Assembly: GCA_900321255.1 (NCBI GenBank)
Contig: ONVK01000009.1
Location: forward strand, 320 to 64,319
Direction: 5' to 3'
Length of the DNA stretch: 64,000 bases
Source of the DNA: an uncultured Lentisphaerota bacterium
Lineage (GTDB): Bacteria > Verrucomicrobiota > Kiritimatiellia > RFP12 > UBA1067
Both the position numbers and the translations under genes were made by a program. Position 1 is the stretch's first letter; the number at the start of each line of letters is the position of its first letter. Shown one piece after another: positions 19,294 through 25,762 of the stretch. The notes beneath the pieces are model-generated. The model did no database searches. It was not told the origin of the DNA and worked only from the letters and a program-made list of their open reading frames with translations.

Positions 19294-20673
19294 TCAGTCC
19301 TCCTCTTCTGTGTCTTCCGTGTAGTCGAGGACAAGCGTCGTGCGGCGGCCTCTCCTCATGACGACGAACGGCAGGCGCGTCCTCTCCTCGAGCTTCGCAA
19401 TGGAATCCTCGTAGACGGCCTTCACCTCTGCGACTGTCTTGACTGGCTTGCCGCCGATCGAGACGATTATGTCGCCGTCGCGGAAACCGCACGAATCGGC
19501 GTTGCCGTCCCACGCAAGGCCGGAGACGTATACGCCGCCCTCGGGCGCGAAGAAGATGAGGTCGGGGTTGTAGAAGCGGTTGATCTCCTTCGCCGTGAGG
19601 CCCCATCGTCCGCACGCGAACTCCTCGCCCTCGACCTTGCCCTTCTCCGTCGGCGCGACCGCAATCTCTACATCGCTGCCGTCGCGAACGACCTTGAACG
19701 CGCACGTCTTCTCGAACTCCTTCCTGCCGAGCCGTCGCTCGATCGCGGGGATGTCCTCCCAGAAGCGAGCCGTCACCTTCTCGCCGTCGACCGAGACGAG
19801 CAGGTCGTTTGACTTGAGCCCCGACTTCTCCGCAGGCGAACCCGGCTCGACATCGGCGACGAGAGCGCCCTCCTTCGCGTCGAAGCGGATGTTGCGCTTG
19901 AAGTCCTCGAGCGGCTGGAGCTTGAACCCGAACCACGCCCAGTGCGCCTCGCCGTACTTCCTGAGGTCGGGCAGTATCTCGAGGATCGTCTCGGAAGGTA
20001 TCGTGAACGCCTGGTCGCCCCAGAGGTTGCCGCGCGCGTTAAGCCCCACGACAAGACCGTCGGTGTCGACGAGGGGTCCGCCCGAGTTGCCTGGCGAGAT
20101 CGCCGCGTCCGTCTGGTACCAGAGCGTGTAGTCGCCGCAGTCCTCGAGGAAGCGGTCGTTGCACGAAACAATTCCCATCGAGACGGAGCGCGCGAGCCCC
20201 CACGGCGCGCCCATCGCGAGCACGACCTCGCCTACCTCAAGACGCCGCGGCGAAAGCGCCGCGACGGGAACGTCCGTTCCTTCGGGCATGTCGAGCTTAA
20301 GGAGCGCGATGTCGAGGTCCTTGTCCTTGCCGAGCACCTTCGCCGAAAACGAACGGCCGTCGGCGAGCTGGCAGCGGATCTCGCTCGTCTTGTCGACGAC
20401 GTGGTGGTTTGTCAGCACTTCGCCTTCCTTAGAGACGATCACGCCCGAACCAGACGCCACGCCCTTGCGGTTGCGGCCCGACTCGGTGTCGTTGTAAATC
20501 ACGCGGATGAAGACGACCGAAGGCGCAACCGACGCTTTCGCCTCGGAGACGACCTCGCGGAAGTCGGGCGTTGACGATATGCAGCCCGCCGCGCACAGCA
20601 GCGCGGACAGAACACCCGTCATCGCGCACCTGTTGGCCCGCGACCTGAAATGTTGTTTTCCAAGGTTGTTCAT
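19294..20673 (-). CDS. htrA: HtrA/DegP-family serine protease with two PDZ domains
   Basis: Catalytic motifs TNHHVV, DIALLKL and GNSGGPLV. Two PDZ regions (EPGSPAEKSGLKSNDLLVSVDGEKV; FRDGDIIVSIGGKPV). Lipobox-like LLCAAGC near the N-terminus. Confidence 0.9.
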   Translation of the reverse strand: MNNLGKQHFRSRANRCAMTGVLSALLCAAGCISSTPDFREVVSEAKASVAPSVVFIRVIYNDTESGRNRKGVASGSGVIVSKEGEVLTNHHVVDKTSEIRCQLADGRSFSAKVLGKDKDLDIALLKLDMPEGTDVPVAALSPRRLEVGEVVLAMGAPWGLARSVSMGIVSCNDRFLEDCGDYTLWYQTDAAISPGNSGGPLVDTDGLVVGLNARGNLWGDQAFTIPSETILEILPDLRKYGEAHWAWFGFKLQPLEDFKRNIRFDAKEGALVADVEPGSPAEKSGLKSNDLLVSVDGEKVTARFWEDIPAIERRLGRKEFEKTCAFKVVRDGSDVEIAVAPTEKGKVEGEEFACGRWGLTAKEINRFYNPDLIFFAPEGGVYVSGLAWDGNADSCGFRDGDIIVSIGGKPVKTVAEVKAVYEDSIAKLEERTRLPFVVMRRGRRTTLVLDYTEDTEEED

Positions 20674-20690
20674 GTTGTTTTAACTATTCC

Positions 20691-21848
20691 TTAATGTATG
20701 TTGCCGCGCGATGGATGGCTCTTCGCCTTCGGGTCCTCGAACTTGAGGAATGTCGCAAACTTCAGCGCCTCGGCCGGTATCTCGTCGCCGGTCGTGTCGG
20801 GCATGTCCTTTATGTCGGGCGCGACGTCGTGGGTATGGTGGAACTTGACGACCGGGTTCACGATCCTCCTGAGCTCGTCCTTAAGGGCGTCGAGCCCGTC
20901 GCGCGTCTCGCACGAAATGCTGATGGGCTTAACGCCTGTCTCCTTGACGAAGCGCTCGAGATTCTCCTTCGCCCCCTCGACATCGAGCTTGTTGGCCACG
21001 ACGACGGACGGACGCTCGGCAAGCTCCGCAGAATACTCGTCGATCTCGCGACGCAGCACTTCGTAGTCGCGCCAGGGCTCGCGACCGTCGATGCCGGCCA
21101 TGTCGATCACGTATACGAGGACGCGCGAGCGCTCGAGGTGCTTCAGGAACGCAAGGCCGAGCCCGACGCCCTTCGCTGCGCCCTCGATAATGCCGGGCAC
21201 GTCCGCGATGCGGATCTTCGCGTAGTCATGGTAGACAACCGTGCCGACGATCGGGTTGAGCGTGGTGAACGGATAGCTCGCGATCTTCGGGGTCGCGGCG
21301 GAAAGCGCCGAAAGAAGCGACGACTTGCCGGCGTTCGGGAAGCCGAGAAGCCCGACATCGGCGATAGTCTTGAGCTCGAGCCTGAGCCGGCGCTCCTCTG
21401 CGGCTCCGCCGGGAGTATGCTCGGTCGGGGCCTGGTTCACGGACGACTTGAAGTGGACGTTCCCGAAGCCACCCGCGCCGCCCTTGGCGACAATAGCGGT
21501 CTGCCCGGGTTCCGTTATGTCGGCGACAAGAAGCCCGGAGTCGACGTCGTAGACCTCGGTGCCGAGCGGAACGGGCACGACGAGGTCTTTGCCGCGCTTG
21601 CCGAACATCTTCTGCCCCTGTCCGGCGCCGCCGTCCTGCGCGAAGCACTTTGGATCGTAGAAGAGCGACAGAAGCGAATTCACGTGGTCGGACGCCTTGA
21701 AGACGACATCGCCGCCGCGCCCGCCGTCGCCGCCGTCAGGCCCGCCAAACTCCACGAGCGCCTCGCGCCTGAACGACATCGCGCCGTCGCCGCCCTTTCC
21801 CGACCTGACGAGAACCTCGACTTGATCTATGAATGTCTTCGCCTTCAT
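20691..21848 (-). CDS. obg: GTPase Obg/CgtA
   Basis: MKAKTFIDQVEVLVRSGKGGDGAMSFRRE...GGPDGGDGGRGGDVVF (Obg fold). G-domain motifs GFPNAGKSSLL, DVPGIIEGA and NKLD. Confidence 0.95.
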   Translation of the reverse strand: MKAKTFIDQVEVLVRSGKGGDGAMSFRREALVEFGGPDGGDGGRGGDVVFKASDHVNSLLSLFYDPKCFAQDGGAGQGQKMFGKRGKDLVVPVPLGTEVYDVDSGLLVADITEPGQTAIVAKGGAGGFGNVHFKSSVNQAPTEHTPGGAAEERRLRLELKTIADVGLLGFPNAGKSSLLSALSAATPKIASYPFTTLNPIVGTVVYHDYAKIRIADVPGIIEGAAKGVGLGLAFLKHLERSRVLVYVIDMAGIDGREPWRDYEVLRREIDEYSAELAERPSVVVANKLDVEGAKENLERFVKETGVKPISISCETRDGLDALKDELRRIVNPVVKFHHTHDVAPDIKDMPDTTGDEIPAEALKFATFLKFEDPKAKSHPSRGNIH

Positions 21849-21855
21849 GCGGGAT

Positions 21856-21864
21856 ATTTTACCA
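21856..21864 (-). promoter_or_regulatory. Extended -10 promoter TGGTAAAAT placed 7 nt before the obg ATG (leaderless candidate)
   Basis: Minus strand reads GAATATGGTAAAATATCCCGCATG. Confidence 0.4.
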
Positions 21865-21986
21865 TATTCCGCGCACTAATTGGCACTCCACTTCAAGATC
21901 GTTTGGTTTGTCTTCCAATGTGGGATTTGCTCCGCGTTATATGTTGGCTACTTAGTGATGCTTAGTGCCTGTTTGCCTTCCAGCGT

Positions 21987-22146
21987 GCGGCTTTGTTTCG
22001 GGCAACCGTGCTCGCCCTCGAGAAACGGCCGATTAGCGCGTCCTTGCGACCGCTCGACATATACATATATGTCTTCGGGTCGCAGTCCTGCGCTACTCAC
22101 CTCGTTTTCGAGGGTTCCGCCCGGCTTCGGCCCGAAACAAAGCCGC
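21987..22146. repeat. 160-nt multi-segment imperfect hairpin (structured ncRNA or palindromic element candidate)
   Basis: A perfect 17-bp closing stem pairs 21987-22003 with 22130-22146. An asymmetric internal loop follows. Further stems are 22015-22028/22102-22114, 22034-22039/22090-22095, 22045-22051/22078-22084 and 22056-22061/22068-22073, around an AT-rich apex. Confidence 0.6.
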
Positions 22147-22294
22147 GCATGGCACCTCTGGTCGAGTTCGTCGCGGAAAGTCGCACCTCGGCCTCGCTCC
22201 CGCTCCCCGCGCCGTCTCTCCCGGCGTCTTCACGGCGTTACGCGCCGCAATGCTTCGTCGGCGGGATACCGCCTTCTCGCCTTGCGACGTGTAC

Positions 22295-22369
22295 CACCGC
22301 GCATCCGCCGAACCGAGCCGTCGCGTGTCGTTCAGCTCGCCACTCGGCACGCCGCTCCGCTTCCTCACC
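22295..22369. repeat. Left copy of an inverted repeat flanking the lipoprotein cassette
   Basis: The reverse complement of 22295-22369 aligns to 23207-23280. The outer 41 nt (22295-22335 / 23240-23280) match 37/41 and the inner part (next to the cassette) about 65-70%. Weaker similarity continues outward, for example the GGCGCGGGGAGCGG word. Confidence 0.7.
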
Positions 22370-22473
22370 ACATGTTAAAACCCTTCAAGCCATCCCAACA
22401 GACACTAACTGACATCTAACACACAAATAGGCGTTTTATAGGGGTTTCGCAGTGCCTGTCCCCAGATAGTCAA

Positions 22474-23007
22474 TTAATACCATTTCTCCGCCTCGGAGAA
22501 CAATGGTTTACCATCGGATCCAAGGGGGAAACGAGGTCTTGTAGAAAAAGACTCGTTCTCCGGCAGGTGCGTTTCCAAAGGGAAAATGTAATTATATCCT
22601 GCGATGGGAATACATAGCTCAAAAGATTGTTTTGGGTATCTAGCAGCAGAAATCACGGCGCCATGAAAAAATCCATCTGAATAATCAATATGCGTAGGAA
22701 GGAGCGACCCACTCGACGGAGTTGCAATCCAGACGATCATGTGCCAGCCTTGTTCGCCGTCCACTGCAAAGTGGCCATCTGAATCCGTTACTGTTTCCTG
22801 TCTATACCGTCCGGCAACCACCGTGACTTTTGCGCCAGCAACGGGTTTGCCTGTGTCACTGCCTATGACCGTTCCTTGCGTTGCGTAAATATGCTGGCGC
22901 TTGTGTGGAACGGGAAGGAATAGACATCCTCCTGTAAGGAACACAAACGCCAAAAAGAGGATCAAATGGGGAGACACCCCTTTGGCGTTGCCCTTTTTAT
23001 CGCCCAT
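22474..23007 (-). CDS. Putative lipoprotein with a carboxypeptidase-regulatory-like beta-sandwich domain; visibly lower GC than its neighbours
   Basis: N-terminus MGDKKGNAKGVSPHLILFLAFVFLTGGC (signal, lipobox-like). GTVIGSDTGKPVAGAKVTVVAGRYRQETVTDSDGHFAV resembles CarboxypepD_reg. The track start is TTG 23040; I prefer ATG 23007. Confidence 0.6.
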   Translation of the reverse strand: MGDKKGNAKGVSPHLILFLAFVFLTGGCLFLPVPHKRQHIYATQGTVIGSDTGKPVAGAKVTVVAGRYRQETVTDSDGHFAVDGEQGWHMIVWIATPSSGSLLPTHIDYSDGFFHGAVISAARYPKQSFELCIPIAGYNYIFPLETHLPENESFSTRPRFPLGSDGKPLFSEAEKWY

Positions 23008-23053
23008 TTTGATGTTTTCTTTCACTTTCCTCGTTCTCAACGGCGTTTAACGT

Positions 23054-23083
23054 ATTATAGCGAAACTGCCGCGCTGAAATCAA
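23054..23083 (-). promoter_or_regulatory. Sigma70-like promoter TTGATT-N18-TATAAT for the lipoprotein gene
   Basis: Minus strand reads GCCGCGCTTGATTTCAGCGCGGCAGTTTCGCTATAATACG. The -35 sits in the loop of the 23067-23091 palindrome. Confidence 0.45.
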
Positions 23084-23091
23084 GCGCGGCA
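23067..23091. repeat. REP-like palindromic unit 1 (TGCCGCGC-N9-GCGCGGCA)
   Basis: Perfect 8-bp stem built from the TGCCGCG/CGCGGCA word that recurs in this spacer. Confidence 0.55.
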
Positions 23092-23118
23092 AAAATGAGA
23101 TTACGGTGCGGACGAAAT

Positions 23119-23136
23119 CGCGGCACCTTTGCCGCG
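23119..23136. repeat. REP-like palindromic unit 2 (CGCGGCA-CCTT-TGCCGCG)
   Basis: Perfect 7-bp stem using the same word in the opposite order. Confidence 0.55.
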
Positions 23137-23206
23137 GACAAGGTTAAGCGAGCTGACGGGACGTCGGCGAGCGCAAATGCTGCGAAGAAAAACGCGCCTA
23201 CGGAAA

Positions 23207-23280
23207 GGTGAGGCAAGGGACGAGGGGGCGAGTGCCGAACTGAGCGACATGCGACGGCGCGGTTCGTCGGATGCGCGGTG
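23207..23280. repeat. Right copy of the inverted repeat flanking the lipoprotein cassette
   Basis: See the 22295-22369 feature. Confidence 0.7.
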
Positions 23281-23522
23281 AAGTGGCGGGTTGGATTAGG
23301 AGCAGTTAGAGTCGGTTAGGGACAGAGTAGAGTCGGCGTAGTATCGGATAGAGTTAGGGCGCGGGAGCGGAGGGGGTGTTTCGGCGCAATGCGACGCGAC
23401 GGCGAAAAAGACGGAAGCGACCCGATTTCGACGCGCCGCCATTTTGCCGAGAGGCTCGACGGCACTGGCAAAATGTAAAAGGCCGCGAAATCGATGTCGC
23501 CACCGGCTTTTTCGCCGGAGCT

Positions 23523-23542
23523 TTGCCGCGTATCCGCGGCAA
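23523..23542. repeat. REP-like palindromic unit 3 (TTGCCGCG-TATC-CGCGGCAA)
   Basis: Perfect 8-bp stem 45 nt downstream of the prmA stop. A CCGGC-N6-GCCGG hairpin lies next to it at 23503-23518. Confidence 0.55.
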
Positions 23543-23586
23543 GGCTAGCGAGCCCTAAGCCGAAACATCCCCTCCGCGTACGCGCC

Positions 23587-24534
23587 TTACGCTCTGCACA
23601 AACATCCGGTAGTCCACTCGCCGATCGTCTTGCGCGAGACTTCCGAAAAGCCGAGCGCGGCAAATGCGCCGCGGACTTCGGGATAGAGCTCGTTCAGTAT
23701 GCCGGAGACGATCAGCGTCTTCTTCGCATAGGAAGCGATCTCCTCTGCAAAGGCGATAAGAAGCGGGCCGAGGATGTTCGCGACAACGATGTCGGCGGGA
23801 GCGAACGGCGTCGCCGAAGAGCCCACGTCGCGCCCCTGGAGCGCAAGATCGGGATAAACGCCCTTCGCCGCCTCGATCGACTCGTCAAGCGTGACCGCGC
23901 CCTTCCCGAGCGCAAAAAGGCGGTAGTCGACCTTAACGCCGTTCAGCGCCGCGTTCTCGCGCGACGCATTGACCGCGTCCTCGTCGATGTCGAAGCCCGA
24001 GACGGGCGAACAGCCGAGCTTCGCCGCGGCGATGGAGAGAATCCCAGAGCCGCAGCCCATGTCGAGGAAGGACTGCGCCCCGTTCCCCGCCAGCTCGTCG
24101 ATGTACTCGAGACACGCCCTGGTCGTCTCGTGCTTGCCGGTGCCGAACGCGAGCCCCGGGTCGAGAACGAGCGGAATGCGCGCGCGCATGTCGGGATCGG
24201 CAGACGCCTTGAAGTCGTCAAGTTCCCATGTAGGGACCGTGACGAGACGGCGTGCGATCTTCTCGGTCCTGAAGTGGCGGCGGTAGGAAAGCTTCCAGTC
24301 CTCGTCGGGGACCTCCGACGTCGAGACCTCCGCGGCGCATCCGGCGACGCGAAGCGCGTCCGCAAGCCGGCGCGCGGCATCGGGCGCCTGCGCGGCGTCC
24401 TCGAGATAGATGCGCATCTCCGTCTCGTCGGACTCGATGTCGTGGTACGAGGACAAAACGAAATCCCCTCCATCGAAGACCTCGAAGAGGGGATTCACGC
24501 AGCGCTCGGGAACCGAGCAGTGGACTTTCGTCAT
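23587..24534 (-). CDS. prmA: Ribosomal protein L11 methyltransferase
   Basis: Motifs DPGLAFGTGKHETTRACLEYI, FLDMGCGSGILSIAAAKLG, GFDIDEDAV and ANILGPLL. ATG 24534 overlaps the stop of the upstream small ORF (TAATG). The track start at 24702 is an Arg-rich extension. Confidence 0.85.
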   Translation of the reverse strand: MTKVHCSVPERCVNPLFEVFDGGDFVLSSYHDIESDETEMRIYLEDAAQAPDAARRLADALRVAGCAAEVSTSEVPDEDWKLSYRRHFRTEKIARRLVTVPTWELDDFKASADPDMRARIPLVLDPGLAFGTGKHETTRACLEYIDELAGNGAQSFLDMGCGSGILSIAAAKLGCSPVSGFDIDEDAVNASRENAALNGVKVDYRLFALGKGAVTLDESIEAAKGVYPDLALQGRDVGSSATPFAPADIVVANILGPLLIAFAEEIASYAKKTLIVSGILNELYPEVRGAFAALGFSEVSRKTIGEWTTGCLCRA

Positions 24535-24746
24535 TACTTGGCCGCCTTGGCGACGAGCTTCTTGACGACCGCCGGACGCTGGACGAGGACGCGGACGTCC
24601 TCTGTGCCCATCTTTGCGACCTTCTCGGCGTCCATGCCCCACTTCACGAGGCGGGCGCGCTGGGCCTTGCTCTTGCGGGCCTTGCCAGCAGGCGTCTTGC
24701 ACGGACGAACGTGGGATTCCTTGCGGAGTGTACGACCAGTACCCAT
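24534..24746 (-). CDS. Small basic protein (70 aa), function unknown, translationally coupled to prmA
   Basis: Sequence is MGTGRTLRKESHVRPCKTPAGKARKSKAQRARLVKWGMDAEKVAKMGTEDVRVLVQRPAVVKKLVAKAAK. It sits between rpmA and prmA and its stop overlaps the prmA start. Confidence 0.45.
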   Translation of the reverse strand: MGTGRTLRKESHVRPCKTPAGKARKSKAQRARLVKWGMDAEKVAKMGTEDVRVLVQRPAVVKKLVAKAAK

Positions 24747-24773
24747 GTCAAACCTTCTTTCTTTTTAAGAGGC

Positions 24774-25010
24774 TCAGGCCTCGACGATCGTTACGACCTT
24801 GCCGTCCTTGGTGAACTTCACCTTGCCGTCCTTGAGGGCGAAGAGGGTGAAGTCACGGCCCTGGCCGACGTTCTTACCGGGGTGGAACTTCGTTCCGCGC
24901 TGGCGGACGATGATGGAGCCGGCCTTGAGGAGCTGGCCGTCATACGCCTTGACGCCGAGATACTGCGGGTTGGAGTCGCGTCCGTTGCGGGCTGATGCAG
25001 AAGTAGCCAT
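24774..25010 (-). CDS. rpmA: 50S ribosomal protein L27
   Basis: [43 protein letters not shown]. Confidence 0.95.
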   Translation of the reverse strand: MATSASARNGRDSNPQYLGVKAYDGQLLKAGSIIVRQRGTKFHPGKNVGQGRDFTLFALKDGKVKFTKDGKVVTIVEA

Positions 25011-25022
25011 TGTCTTGCCTCC

Positions 25023-25337
25023 TTACGCGATTGCCTTGACGGTGGCGACGGTGAGCTGCTGGCGGTGGCCGACGAGACGGCGGCTGCCTTTCCTGCGCTT
25101 CGCCTTGAAGTTGATGACCTTGTCGCCCTTGACGACACCGGCGACCGAGAGGACGACCTTGGCGCCTTCGACGTAGGGCTTTCCGACCTTGAGGGTCGTG
25201 CCGTCGCTGACCGCGAGAACGGTCGTGAGCTCGGCATCCTGACCCGCTTCGACCGAGAGCTTTTCAATCTCGATCTTGTCACCGACCTTGACAAGCACCT
25301 GCTTGCCGCCGGTTTCGAGAACAGCGTATGCTTCCAT
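25023..25337 (-). CDS. rplU: 50S ribosomal protein L21
   Basis: MEAYAVLETGGKQVLVKVGDKIEIEKL...KGDKVINFKAKRRKGSRRLVGHRQ. The start at ATG 25337 is trimmed from the track start 25376. Confidence 0.9.
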   Translation of the reverse strand: MEAYAVLETGGKQVLVKVGDKIEIEKLSVEAGQDAELTTVLAVSDGTTLKVGKPYVEGAKVVLSVAGVVKGDKVINFKAKRRKGSRRLVGHRQQLTVATVKAIA

Positions 25338-25397
25338 TGTTTTCTTTCCTTTTCTTCCGCATTCCTTGTGGTTCATCCACGAAATGCTGGAAGGGAT

Positions 25398-25427
25398 AGT
25401 ATACTAAATTCCCCCTCCCGCCGTCAA
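25398..25427 (-). promoter_or_regulatory. Promoter TTGACG-N18-TATACT for rplU-rpmA
   Basis: Minus strand reads CCCCCTATTGACGGCGGGAGGGGGAATTTAGTATACT. The -35 lies inside the hairpin that follows the Hpt gene. Confidence 0.45.
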
Positions 25428-25436
25428 TAGGGGGCC

Positions 25437-25748
25437 TCAAAGTTCCTTCTGGAGCTCGCGGAGGCGCAAGATGAGGGCATCCGCCTCGCCAGGATCCTTG
25501 AGCGCGGAAGCCTTGCGGAGCGCAATCGCGGCCTCTGCCATCGCGCCGTCTCCCGCCGTGAGCGCATTGCCCTTTATGGTGTGTGCGACGCGGTCAAGCT
25601 GCTCCCAGTCCTCTGCAGCGCGCGCGGCATCCGCTTCGCCGAGCTTCTCGCCGACAGACGACACGTACTCGCCGTATATCTCGCCGACAACGTCGGCGTC
25701 TCCGCCGAACTGTTCGTCAAGGTAGACTCTGCAGCATTTCTTCATCAC
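25437..25748 (-). CDS. Histidine phosphotransfer (Hpt) domain protein
   Basis: 103 aa with the VAHTIKGNALTAG HxxKG motif. It lies 14 nt downstream of the hybrid kinase. Confidence 0.75.
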   Translation of the reverse strand: MMKKCCRVYLDEQFGGDADVVGEIYGEYVSSVGEKLGEADAARAAEDWEQLDRVAHTIKGNALTAGDGAMAEAAIALRKASALKDPGEADALILRLRELQKEL

Positions 25749-25762
25749 GTTTCCCCTGTGTT

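Noticed and set aside
21987-22146. Firm annotation of the long hairpin as 6S RNA (ssrS).
   Set aside because: Only the general shape fits: a long irregular duplex with a central bubble. I cannot identify strand, promoter, terminator or the conserved 6S bubble nucleotides by eye. It is kept as a hypothesis in the findings, not as a feature call.
21880-22419. 179-aa plus-strand ORF covering the obg upstream spacer.
   Set aside because: Cys/Ser/Arg/Pro-rich low-complexity sequence with no SD or promoter motif. It runs straight through both arms of the 160-nt hairpin and the left inverted repeat, so the region is better explained as non-coding repeat or structure.
22295-23280. Integron gene cassette / attC interpretation of the inverted-repeat-flanked lipoprotein gene.
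   Set aside because: I found no GTTRRRY core sites at the repeat boundaries. The cassette has its own promoter, and no intI-like gene is present in the window.
23300-23358. TTAGGG words (the eukaryotic telomere repeat) occurring three times.
   Set aside because: The copies are interspersed rather than tandem and sit inside a degenerate ~20-nt repeat. They are most simply coincidental.
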